Source: the human T2T-CHM13v2.0 reference genome, Homo sapiens. From it: 64,000 nucleotides of DNA. Of the stretch, positions 45,521 through 64,000 are shown one piece after another. The notes under the pieces were generated by a model. It saw nothing but the letters and a program-made list of their open reading frames with translations. It was not told where the DNA came from and did no database searches. Position numbers and translations under genes: made by a program. How positions within the stretch are numbered: position 1 is the first letter of the stretch; the number at the start of each line of letters is the position of its first letter. The stretch lies in assembly GCF_009914755.1 (NCBI RefSeq), contig NC_060931.1, one strand, 5' to 3'.

Positions 45521-47048
45521 ATCACTCTCTTTTATCCCAACACACTCGATGCTGTCATCTAGAGACCAGTTTTTTTTTTTTAAGTAAACTGTCTCATTTG
45601 ATAATCCCATTATCCACGCAGCAATTTTTACTAAAATATGCCTGCTGAATGGTCAGAAAAATTCCTGGTGACCAGCCCAGTGAGGTCTGCTCCTGGCTGC
45701 ACCGTTTTTCCTACCATGATCTGAGGGCTGGAAAGCTTCTGGGGACCACCCACTTCTTGAAGACAGGACAGGGAAAAAATTCATGGACGTGCTGATTTCT
45801 ATTGGACCACCTATCAACACAGTAGTTTCTTAATGCTTTTTGGTGGCTCATGTCCAGCAAATTAACCTTAAGAGGGTGAGAGCTGTAATTACATTCCCTG
45901 ACCAAAAATACAGCTCAATTTTTAACTTTCTGGCCAAGGAATGATTCAAACTAGTAATGATCATGACTTCTTAAATTATACGCAAGGAGAGGAGACAAAT
46001 GAGCTGCATTTGATGTTCAACCTTAACACACAGACCCCACTCTTCTCTGGCTGCGTGGCAAGGATGAAAATCTGCCTCTGACCCAGAGGAGAAAGAGCGG
46101 GAAAACCTCCTGGGAAGGCACTCTCCATCAGTAACTGCTTTCAAAAGTGATACGGCATATCAACAGCTGTTTTAAATTTTGTTATCAGTTCTAGCACAAA
46201 GTATTTTAGCTATTTTAGGAAAAAAAATTTAAATGGATATTTTTAAGATTCCATTATTTCCAAAATTATGGAAATTATGGAATTTCCCCTATATTACTTA
46301 TGGGAACATGCCAAAACACATGTTTCACGCAGCAAGCCATTCCCCTCATCCTAAGAGACAACGGTGAAATCTATTTCCATGACCGGCCCTCATTCCTCAT
46401 AATGTTATCCTGTGACTTCTGTAAAAACCCTAAATCCCTTCTGATCTCTACTGCCATTAGAAATAATAATCAGGAAAGAACTGAAGTCCCAATTCCCAGT
46501 CATTTCAGGGGATTTCTCACCTAGTCACAAACGGTCTCTTATATCCAAAAACAGGAAAAAAGAACTCGAGGTACCACAGGAACACCAAGTGAAAATATTT
46601 TTGGTCTCTCATTAGGAAGGATGCCAAATGCATTTTAACTCTGCAGGTTACCTTCAAATAAGCTGCTCAAAAAGAACTCGATCACGTAAGTCCTAAGTAT
46701 ACGTGGTGATGATGGCAGTAACCTGGAGATACACATCCACAAGCTGTCTCAGGGAGCAAGGTTGCTGACAGGCCCACGTGGAAGCTGCCTTCCAGCCATT
46801 TATGGCCACACGCAGGCCGCTCTCACTGAAAGGAACCATCACAGGAGTGACAGCCCAAGAGCAGATGCCTGCAACCAGCTCCATGCCTGCAGGCCGCTGA
46901 CAGGCCCTGCCTTCCAACAACTCAGTGACTTCACTTGATCATTCAAGGCCTCTCTTTCTGTCCCTCTTTCCTTCCTTCCCGCTGTGCACAGTATGGAGTC
47001 CTCGATCCCCTCAACAGACAGACGATTAACAAAGACAAATAAATGCAC

Positions 47049-47912
<864 letters not shown>

Positions 47913-48343
47913 TTACTAACTGGGGACTATACTGGGCAAATAAACAGTTGGAAGATCAGTAAGAACTACAACATGAAAATAATCACCTTAATACAGTGTG
48001 GCATAACACAATGGGAATGTAGGATGTCATTTTTAAGAATGTGAGGTACGCAGCATTTCACAGGCCTACACCCACTACAGAAATAACCCAGGCAGACCAA
48101 AAGCAATGTCCCTGGACGTTCCCTAAGTCCAGTCTCTAGGCCACCTCTGTTCTACTACAGAGAGTCCATGAAATGGAAAGATAAGTCTAGCTGGCTTTTA
48201 ACAATCACCTAAACTCCTTTTTATAAATAATATACAGATTGGTAACTTGGAGTAAAAGAGAGAAGCGGAGGAGGAAAAAATGCTGTTAGGAAGGCTGTTC
48301 TCTTACAAAATTCTTACTCCAGGTATCAGATGGGTCAGGTTTA

Positions 48344-48898
<555 letters not shown>

Positions 48899-48929
48899 TC
48901 AGTTTCTGTCTGCATCGTGGCGCTTTTCA

Positions 48930-49148
<219 letters not shown>

Positions 49149-49659
49149 TCAACAGTGTCTGCAGCACATCCATGCAGAGGCTTGTGGGAATGGCAGGCCT
49201 CAGGCACCACCTGGAGCAGTAACAGTGACTGAGGCCAGCTCACCCCAGGCCACCCCAGCATCGCAAGCAAATAAGCATGGAGATGGTCAGGTTTACAGAT
49301 GGCATTCAAGCCAGAATTCCTGGGTTTTCAACTCAGCTCCCAAACAGGACAGAGAAATGGGCAGCACATCAATGGTCAAAAGGACCACATAGAGGCTTCA
49401 GGTCTGTATCATCTGTCTTCTCTCAGCCAGCTGGGTTCCTGCCCTGTGCAAGGCCAGGAAGAGCCGCTGGTGTAGGGCCCCTGAGGGCTCGCTGGAGTGC
49501 TGCCTGTGCTAGGCAGGCTCTGCCCATTCACTGAGACTGAGGGGGCGTCAAACTCAAAGGAAAAGCATCTGAATTTGGTGTTTGAAAACCAAACACATGG
49601 CTCTATTTCAGTACAAAAATACAGTACTCTACAGAAGTTCAGGGCTGGCAGAAGACCTA

Positions 49660-49761
<102 letters not shown>

Positions 49762-51424
49762 CTAGGATACAACAGACGACATGCTAAGCACTTCAGAGAC
49801 TGGCCCCCAAGTCAACAGCTTTTTCTCCTTATAGAAGAGACCGCCACTTTATGAAGATCTGAATCAAACAAAATAGCCTCCTGAAAGTGCTCAATACTAA
49901 TTTTTTTCTTTCTTCCACATTCAAAGAAGTTTCAGAAGTATTTTTACATTTCTAAGGAAAGATATAAGAGCTATGTATTCTCTTCATTTTGCAGGAAGCA
50001 AAACCAAAACGTCAGTGAGTCAGCCGCACCTGCATGCAGGCCTGGCCAGAGCGCGGTATGCACTCTATAAATGGTAGAACGAGAGTTCAACCCAGGACTC
50101 AACAAGGCCCGTCTGACTCCAGCACCTGCCTCAACCACTATAATAGCCTTGGCCTCTGTATAGCAGACACTGCTGCGTCTTTTAGGCGAAGACCTTCATG
50201 TTTTAGTAACCAAGGACTATTTTCAGTATCTCATCAACCATTTTCATCATCATTTCATTCATTTCTGATTCAACCAAAGGAAAACCTGGAAACAAAAAAG
50301 ACCCTCTTTGTCCCCAGGGCCAGAGGAAGCAGATGGTCTTGCAGACCCTTTTGTGGATGTCACGGAGCACTGGCTTCCTGGGTGGCCACTGGCTGTCCCT
50401 CAGCATGCCAGCATGTAGGGAACACCATTTGTTCCCATTTCCCTTGCTCACAAAAAAACCCTCAAAAACATGAGTTTAAGCTAGTAACAATATACAAAAA
50501 TGGCAACTGCTACTGCTCTGCTGATCAAAGAGAATGTTTTAAAAGAGAAAAAAAGAATAAGCTAAATCCCATTTCTGGTTTTTCTCATAGCTGCTTCTAT
50601 TCTGAACGGATCTTGCTGTCCCAAAAGGTGCTCAGAGGCCCAATCACTGATGCCTGTGGATCTGTGACTGCCCTCCCCATTCCCGCCCCAAGGAGCCAAT
50701 ACTGGGGAAACTTCACTGCATCAACCTACCTTCTTTTTCTTTCAATGACCACACAGTGCTGGAAAGGCACCTTTAAGGGAAGGCTCACCTGCCTGGGTGA
50801 GGGGCCACCTCTCCTGGCACTGTCTTTAACAAACCAAGAGTGAGTGCAGTCAGCCCAGGACCACATCTTTTCACCTTTTTTAAAAAAAAAGACTGCCTGT
50901 CAATCACTTGAAGGAAGGAAGGATGGTGACAAGATGGCTTCCAGCTGACCGAGCGATAAGCATTAATTTATGAACTCAGGATCCCTGCCCTGAACCTGGC
51001 ATAGGTCTGAGCAAGACACGGACATGTCACATCTCAGCATGGTGAGCTGGTGGTCCCAGCACTGTGGATGCACGAAGGCACCAGCAGAAAACCCAGGAAA
51101 GCCCTTATGTAGGGCCTCTCCTTTCCACCCAATAAACAAAGAAGACAGTTGGGCCAATCCCAGATGAGGGCAGGAAAACCTCATAACTGGCCCCAAATCC
51201 AAGTGGAACAACTAGATTACACACTCAATGGCCAGGAGAGTCCTTCTAGCCTGGGAAACAATCAATTCAGTATCTTACAAGCTAAGAGAAAAATCTGAAA
51301 ACTCTAATGGGACAACGAGGACTTGAAAAGCCTGGATCAAGTTCCAAGCTGCTTTTCAACCCCTGCCTTGAGCCCTATGCTAACTAACTCTTTTAATTAA
51401 TTTTCAAAATGACTTCAATCTGGT

Positions 51425-53279
<1,855 letters not shown>

Positions 53280-55434
53280 TCAAAGACTATATATAGGCTT
53301 TACCACCAAGAACCATCTGTGGCCTTATGACAGCTTGGTATTATGAGGTCAAATTTAATATATTAAATGTCCTATTTTTACACTACAACAGAACGATGAG
53401 GTAAGAAAAACTGCCTCATTGCTCCTAGGTTCTCTAGGAGGAACAAAAGAAACCTCTAAAGCCATGACTTTTGGGGGGTGGGGCAAGCAGTGAATGAGGG
53501 CCTGCCCCTTTCCAAAAAAAAAAAAACCTCCCTTATGACAACCAACTGAAAAAGCAAACCTCATAAGCCGTCCTGACAGCACTGAGGGAGCTTATGCTTA
53601 ATTCTTGGGAAGGGGGCAGGTGAGAAGACAGAAAGGCTTTTCCTTGGGAATCTGTTATTGATATTTATGCCACTGTTCACAGCAATAGCATTTCAAGAAG
53701 TAAGCAGGACAGGGAAATTGTATGGAGGGACAAACGTTCATCTAATGGAAGGCAGGTCAGATAACCTGGTATAAAATTGTGCTGAAAGCTCCATTAACCC
53801 ACTACATCCGTGACTGCGTCCTATTTTTCTGGTTATATCACCAAACTTAATACCCCAAATTAGAAGCACAGCATTTCAGAGTTCAAAGAGTACTTAGCGC
53901 CTAATTCGGGGCAGCCCTGCTGCTAGTGGCCATTGTGGTCTAACCTCCCCACATCCTGAAATGGCCCCTGCTCCCCGACTCCCACTCAGTGTCTCCGCAG
54001 CTCCCGTTACACTAACTCCCACGTCTCAGTCTGCCTGCTGGGGTCACACAGAGAGGGTCAAATGCCTCTCCACACAGCACTCTCTAAATTCAAAGTGACC
54101 ATCATTGGCCACCGGTTCTCTTAACCGTTCTTTTCTATACCTAGCTAAGGCAGGGACTTGGTTTTTGATATGGAAGAACTTTAATACCTTTAATAATTTA
54201 AACGTTATTGTCTGGTATTATCCTTAAGAGCAACGAGGGAATAGAAAGGCCTGGTGTTTCAGGACCTATCTGGCCATGTGCTGACTCAGATCATGCTGAG
54301 TCAAAGCTGAAAGACAGAAAGCACCCTCTTTTTCTCCTATCAGCTGGCACTATCTGCTCAACAATGCTTTTACTTGAGCATTAGAGGAGGTAAAACACAG
54401 TAAATTCAAGAAAATTGTTAAATTAACCTCTGAATAACAGAAAATTAATATATTTATTCTGCATTCCTTTTTTCAGTGAGAAGAAAAATGCTAAGCCTTG
54501 CACACAATCTTTTCTTTTAAATATTGGAAGAATATGGATAAAAAGCAGTATGGAATAGGAAAAGCATGAAACCCAACAGCAAGCAACCCACCTTTCCCAA
54601 CACGGAACGCCTAAGTAAATACCACTGAGAAAAAGCTGCTGAATGGGCCAGGAAACAGGGCAGAGGAAGAGAACCAGGAACTGGCTCGCAAATGCAGGGC
54701 CCTTTGTGTTCACCAACTCACAGGTTCAGGGTCAATGACCAAACGATGCCAGGCAGGGCCAGGGGAGTTTACAGACAATGCAACTGTGCAGCACAAAACC
54801 AGCAGCAAAACAGGCCTGACAGATAGAAGAAGAGGCTTCTGCCGCCCTGTGGAAGCCGTCATCTCAACCACTCTGGGAACAGACTCTGTCAGAGGGAGTG
54901 GGCGTTGCTGCCACTGTTTCAGAAGGGGCTAGACATCCTAGAATAAGCCAGAATATCTGCTAGCTCTTGCTTTATAAGGGAAGAGAGATTATGCATTGGC
55001 ATCTGGGGAAATCCCTTCCAGTCTGGAAAGGTGAGGAACCCTGCATGTCTGGTTGACCAGGCAGAGGCTTACCTGGAGGGGCTCCCACCTGCCCGCCTCA
55101 GGCAGTCTTCCCCTGGAGATGCTACCTCATCTTCCTCCACAGTGTGAGTGAAGGGAAAAGCTCCCTATACCCTGCACATTTTCAGGGACCACAAGTGAAG
55201 TCACTGTGTCACAACAACTGAGTCTGATTCATGGGGCTGTGGGCTGTGCAGGGCCTTAAGAAGAGACCATGTCTCTCTCACAAGCCCACAACCACACCAA
55301 ACACCCAGGGCCCGCCTGAGGAGGATCCTTCCACTTCTTAAGATGCCTGCGGCAGCAACCTTCCCCTCACCCAGCCCACGGTGGATGACCCTTACAGTCA
55401 GAAAAACTGAGGTCGCATGCCTCAGAGAGACTCA

Positions 55435-55839
<405 letters not shown>

Positions 55840-56870
55840 TTAGTGATCGGGATAGGTGGTTTGCATGTGTGAGCACAGTGTTTGCCAGGGTCAGTCTCCT
55901 TTCCTCAAGAGTAGTGGAATGATCACTTAGGCCTGGAATACTGTAAATTAAACTTGACAGAACTAAAATTGCTTGTTCTCCACCTCTGGAAAATACTCCA
56001 GAAAAGAGCAAACTGGGCTGCCCACAGGACGCCAAGGGCACTGCCTTGACCTTTCTCTTTTTATCCCCAGTTTCTTCGGGTCCAGGTCAGCCCTAGAACA
56101 AGCCAGCCTTGCTGTCCCCCTGTCTGCAGCTTTGTGGCGGCTCTTCATGGTGTCAATCCATCCCTTCACGGCCCAGATCGAGCTTGCTGATGCATTATTA
56201 CAAGGAACATGAAGGTAGAAAGAACACTGCTGTGGGGGCCGATCACTCTCAGTGACACACAGTTCCTTGGACGCCACAAGACATCAGGGTCCCTGGCACC
56301 GACACCTCACACCCACATCATCCCCTACAGTTCCCACTGCTTGGGCTGAGCACACACAGATCTCAAGGGGTAGATGACTGTTGATTAACAAACACAGATT
56401 AAAGGCAGGGACTAAACTATTCTGGTTTTGTTTTAGACAAGGAAGGTCCCAGACAGAGGTCTCCTGAGATGGCCTGGGCCATAAAGGCAACCTCTGAGGT
56501 CAGTCATGAACTTGTCATGTACATGAGCAGTCATTCTAAATTCCAGGATGACTCCAGGGAATCTCAAAGGCAGGTATAGGGCCAGCTTCCCAGAGATTCT
56601 GGGGCCAGATCTTCTCAAACAAGTTCAGATCATGCCTGTATCAAGCAGAGTTAACCAAGGGGCAAGTGACAAACAAAAATAATCTGGTGAGGCCCAGAAA
56701 AATAGTCCTTAAAGTCAGCATCTTCATCACCAAACCTCAGACTGACCTACAAGATCAGATTTCTGGTAAAGATGAAATAAAACCAGGACTTTTATTTACT
56801 GTATAAGTAATTTTGAAATGGTATTTAAAAACCAAGCAGAAAAGCCTGTTCAATGTAGAACATTAAACAC

Positions 56871-57243
56871 TGATATGATTCGGGTTTGTGTCCCTGCCCA
56901 TAACTCATGTCGAATTGTAATCCCTAGTGTTAGAAGAGGGGCCTGGTGAGAGGTGACTGGATCATGGGGGCAGATTTCCACGTTGCTGTTCTCGTGATAC
57001 TGAGTGAGTTCTCACGAGATCTGGTTGTTTAAAAGTGTGTAGCACGTCCCCCTTCTCTCCTCCTCCTGCTCCAGCCATGTAAGATGCCTGCTTCCCCTTC
57101 TACCATATTTGAAAGTTTCCTAAGGCCTCCCCAGCCATGCTTCCTGTACAGCCTGTGGAACTGTGAGCCAATTAAACCTGTTTTCTTTATAAACTACCGG
57201 GTTTCCGGTATTTTTTACAGCAATGTGAGAACAGACTAATATA
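56871..57243 (+). mobile_element. MaLR solo LTR (MSTA/THE1-type), antisense to SRPK2
   Basis: TGATATG... start, ...AGACTAATATA end, AATTAAACC poly(A) region. 5-bp target duplication AACAC at 56866-56870 and 57244-57248. Confidence 0.88.
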
Positions 57244-58412
57244 AACACCTACCTAGGAGAGCCCCTTTGTTTCCTTGAAGCTGGGCACTGCTGAAATGAA
57301 CTAAACCTCTGTTGGGGTACATACGAGCTGTGAAACCAGGGTGCTTGGGGAGGCTCTGATTCTTCAGCAAGCCCCATAAGAGGAAGGAGGGCCAGCCTTG
57401 CAACTTGCCGTAAGGCAGTGAACAGGCAAGGGCCTCAGGACCTAGGGTGCCCACACAGCTCCCTAGGGGGGCTCCAGAGGACGCCAAGAGAATTCTGACC
57501 AGTATCTTAACCCTCAAGACCTGTTCCTCTAGCATGTTAATCAAATGAGCCAGCCAGGTACAGATATTCCCTGCTTGCTACCTTCCATATGCCTGTTTCC
57601 TTCTTTATAAGGATTCTGCACAGCCTCACCAAAGGCCAGGTATGAGCTCAGGAAAAGAAACACCAGAACTCAGCAAAAATTCAGAAAGAAAGCAGCACAA
57701 AGACCAAAAAAGAAGGCAAAATGAATATACACTGATTCACCTGGGGCTGAGAACAGAGGTCCAGGATAAATATAAAAATGCTGACCCAATGGGTAGATGA
57801 ACAACACTAGACATGACTAGATGAATGCCCCGTATGTCATTTAATCAAGAAGAATCAGCAAGAAGGAAAATGGAATTTGAGGTTTGAAAAATTGGATTCA
57901 AATCTAAGTTTCAATATCTACAAGTTGTAAGACTGGCAAATGACTTAAACTCTATGAGGCTTGGTGTTCAGGAAAAGAAGAATCGGAAGGGACCACCCCT
58001 TCCCCACCGAAGACACTAAAAACCCAAACACAGGAGAGTCAGGACAGCATCTGGGCGCCTGGCCAGACGCAGGGGCTTCCCTCTGCTGTGACCAGCTGAA
58101 CCATCGTCTGGGGCAGAGGCTCCCAACTGGTCAGTGAGGGACCAGAGAGCAGCAGCAGAGGGAAGGGGAGGCCCAAGAGCAAGTTCCGCCCCCACAAACA
58201 ACTCAAATCATAGGTCTAATGAGAAGAGGGTGAAGCCCGGTTAGACATATTGTGGTCCTCCTGAGCCACAGAACGATGTGATTTCTTTTTCTCCATGAGA
58301 ACAGTAGCCGAGTTGGCTGTTATCTGAGGGCACTCAAGTGGAAGGAGATGATCTGTAATCTGCCACCACTCTGAGATGTTGTTTTTAAAAACATTTCTCA
58401 GGAGCTGCTTAA

Positions 58413-58774
<362 letters not shown>

Positions 58775-59534
58775 TAAATTCAGGGGTGTTTCTTGTACTT
58801 AATATCCCTCATTAAGGTTCACTGAACAGAATCTCTTTGGTGACATGCTGTTATCCTCCTGGTTCGGGTTTGTAAACAGTTACTTAGCTTCTGATGCGTT
58901 CCAAATGATGCTAGGTAATGTATCTCAATAACTTAATTGTATAAAAACACAACAGGAGGTAAAAGAGATTTTGCTTTTCTTTCTTTTCTCAGTATGATAG
59001 TTCCTGAACTAAGGTACCAGACTGCTACATTCCCAAGAAGTCCACTGAAACCCAACTGGAATGCTTTTGTCACACCTCCTCTGACTGAGTCACCACAGTA
59101 GTGACCTGTCACACGGTTTCCTTCTTACAGATAATGGTGACACAAAGGACAAACTGGAGCTGTCTTCCTTCCAAAATGAAAAGCTTGCAATTGCACTCTG
59201 CTTCCACTAAGAGGGGAATGAGTGGAAAGCTTTCACTTCGGGAAGAACTGGGCCCCTTAAGTCACCTTCTGATACGCTAGTCTTTGGGTGACACTGTGGT
59301 CACTCATTCCACAAGAAGCTATCCTAGGAACTATTAGATGGTAGCCAACAGTGCCTCAGCATAATGAGACAGCTGCTGTCACACGCACATAACACATGGA
59401 GCTAGGCACACACTGACTCTTTACATCATAAGGGGTCCTTACAAGGACGACAAGAATATCCCCTCTATATGGAGGAGGTTCACTATGAGGCCCAAGGAAG
59501 TAGTGGAACTAAGAGATTTAATGTTGCCACCTCA

Positions 59535-61130
59535 ACCATTCGTGCAACAAATATTTACTGAGTACCTTCTGTGTGCTAAGCATGGTCTTGGTACTGGGAA
59601 CACTGTAAGAAAAAAACACAAGCTAAATTAGGAAACTCGTGTACTGGTTGAAAATATGGGCAATAAGGCAAATAAACGAGGAATCCACACATCCTGTCAG
59701 GTAGCTAAACAGGCTATGAAGAAAAACAAAGCAGAGAAAGGAGATGGATAATGCCAAGGCTGTTCAGGGGAGATCTTTTCTGAGAAGGTGACATTCAGGA
59801 GAGGTCTGAACAAAGGCAGGCATGAAAGTAAGAGAAGTTTGAGGCAAAGGACACGGGAAGTACAAAAATCCTAAGGCAGAAACAGGCTTGCAACTTTGAG
59901 AAACTTTAGAAAGAAGCCAGTGTGAACGGTGTAGAATGAATTAGGGAAACAGAGAATGGGTCTGGAGCAGGCACCAACAGAGACCTGCCAGGGAACACAC
60001 TGGAGAGTTTGTCAGCTTCAGTGAAGGACAACTCAGGGCATCACTACTCTACATGGGAAACACAATGGAGATCATGTTGGTGAGGCGAGGGTGGGTAAGG
60101 GGGAAGAAGTTAAGCCTTAAACAGTTCTCTCTGGACTGCCAGACAGAGACAGACTGGGGAGCAAAAGCTCAAGTGATAGGAGCACGGAGGCTGTGTTACA
60201 GTAGCCTAGCAAGGACTGACAGTGGTGTGGGTCCCCATCGAGTGACACAGAAAGGATTCCAGAAATAGCCCACAGGTAAGACCAACAAAACCACCCTGTT
60301 CCAGGGCCTTTGTCCTTCAGATGTGTTGAGCCAAGATACACACTAAGGCTCTGGCAGCTGATCATCTAAGAGGGACCATCCTCTTCTCAACCTTCAATGG
60401 CTGCCAAATTACTCTAGGAAAAAAGTGTACCTTCTTTAGCCTGGCATTTAGGTTTCTTCAAGTTCCTCAAACTGGCCCCAGTCTTTCTTCTACTATGCCC
60501 TAACATGTACATTCTGCCCTAAAGTCAGGATCTACACAAACTCTTCATTGTTTCTCTTGCCTCAAATTCACGAAGTACCGTGTGGTCAAGTGCAAGACTC
60601 TAGGCTTATACCCCTTCCCATGCAGAAAACAAAACACACCTCCCATGGGGGAGGCTGCTCTTGCTTATCAAATGGCCAAGCTGCGGGCGAAAACTGAGTG
60701 CTTCCAAACAAAGGAGATCCTGTCCCTGGTACATCCCTAGAATTTGCCAATATTAAAATGCTCTTCAAGACCTCCAGTTTCTACCTGATGCAACAGGTAT
60801 TGGGGATGGTATGTGTGTTGGACACAGTAAAATTGTGACTATAAATGGAAAAAAGCGGGAGAAAGGAAAGAGAAGAAGAATGTAAAAAGGTATCACTCAT
60901 TTGTTTGTTCGTTATTCAATAAATATTTATCTTAGCACTGAATCAGATGCTGAGGATGCAAAGATAAAAACACACTGCACTCTCCAAGAGTTCACATTCT
61001 AATGAGAAGACAGACAGTGACAATGAGCACTGCCCATACAACTAAGACAAGCATGGCCAGCAGGAGCAGAGGGGAAAGAGAAGTAAGCCTGCTGGGGATA
61101 CAGGAAGCCCTCACCCAGGAGGCAGGCTAC
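59535..61130. mobile_element. L2 fragments (about 59535-60260 and 60895-61130)
   Basis: L2 terminal motifs CAACAAATATTTACTGAGTACC..CTGTGTGC and TTCAATAAATATTTAT. Confidence 0.6.
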
Positions 61131-61225
61131 TGTGTTGGATCATATCCTAGATCAGGAAAATTTAAAAAGAAAATTTTAGAATTATTGAGGAAATTTGAAT
61201 ATGGAATAAATAATAGATGATATTA

Positions 61226-63768
<2,543 letters not shown>

Positions 63769-64000
63769 TTAACCTACATTCTATGTAAGCACCTTCAAAC
63801 ACTCCCTGGAAAGGGGAACAGGAGCTGACCACGTCCAGCCAAGTAAAGAAAGCAAATCCTTAGGAGGATTCATCATAGCCAGTGCGTAACAAAGCCAGCT
63901 TACTCGGCGTGCAATTCCAGACTGCTGGAACCAAAGGGGCTGCAGAATGTCGGGCTGTTTGCAGGGCTGGCTCATCAATTTTACTCGCTGTGTGTTAAAC

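Overview
This is mammalian (primate, Alu-rich) genomic DNA, recognisable as the human KMT2E (MLL5) / SRPK2 convergent locus. The + strand carries the last 17 coding exons of KMT2E, from the pseudo-SET domain to the Pro/Gln/His-rich C-terminus (stop at 36016-36018, poly(A) signal 36745). Exon phases and lengths are internally consistent and match my recollection of the 1858-aa protein. Two truncating alternative last exons are visible: a read-through hydrophobic tail at 14001-14108, and the 12-aa NKp44L-type exon at 31229-31267, which runs into a MIR. The - strand carries the last coding exons of SRPK2 (C-lobe of the kinase, stop at 40523-40525). The best finding is a second, intact 93-nt paralogous copy (48481-48573) of the SRPK2 exon encoding helix alphaG and the docking groove (48947-49039). 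It is SRPK1-like, swaps His601 for Leu, and is flanked by QKI/RBFOX/PTBP-type motifs, so it is a candidate mutually exclusive exon switch. Introns hold about 35 Alus, a near-full-length Tigger2, other Tigger-derived MITEs, MIR/L2/L1 fragments and a MaLR solo LTR. Repeat boundaries were read by eye and are approximate. Protein numbering and paralogue sequences are from memory, not from a database search.
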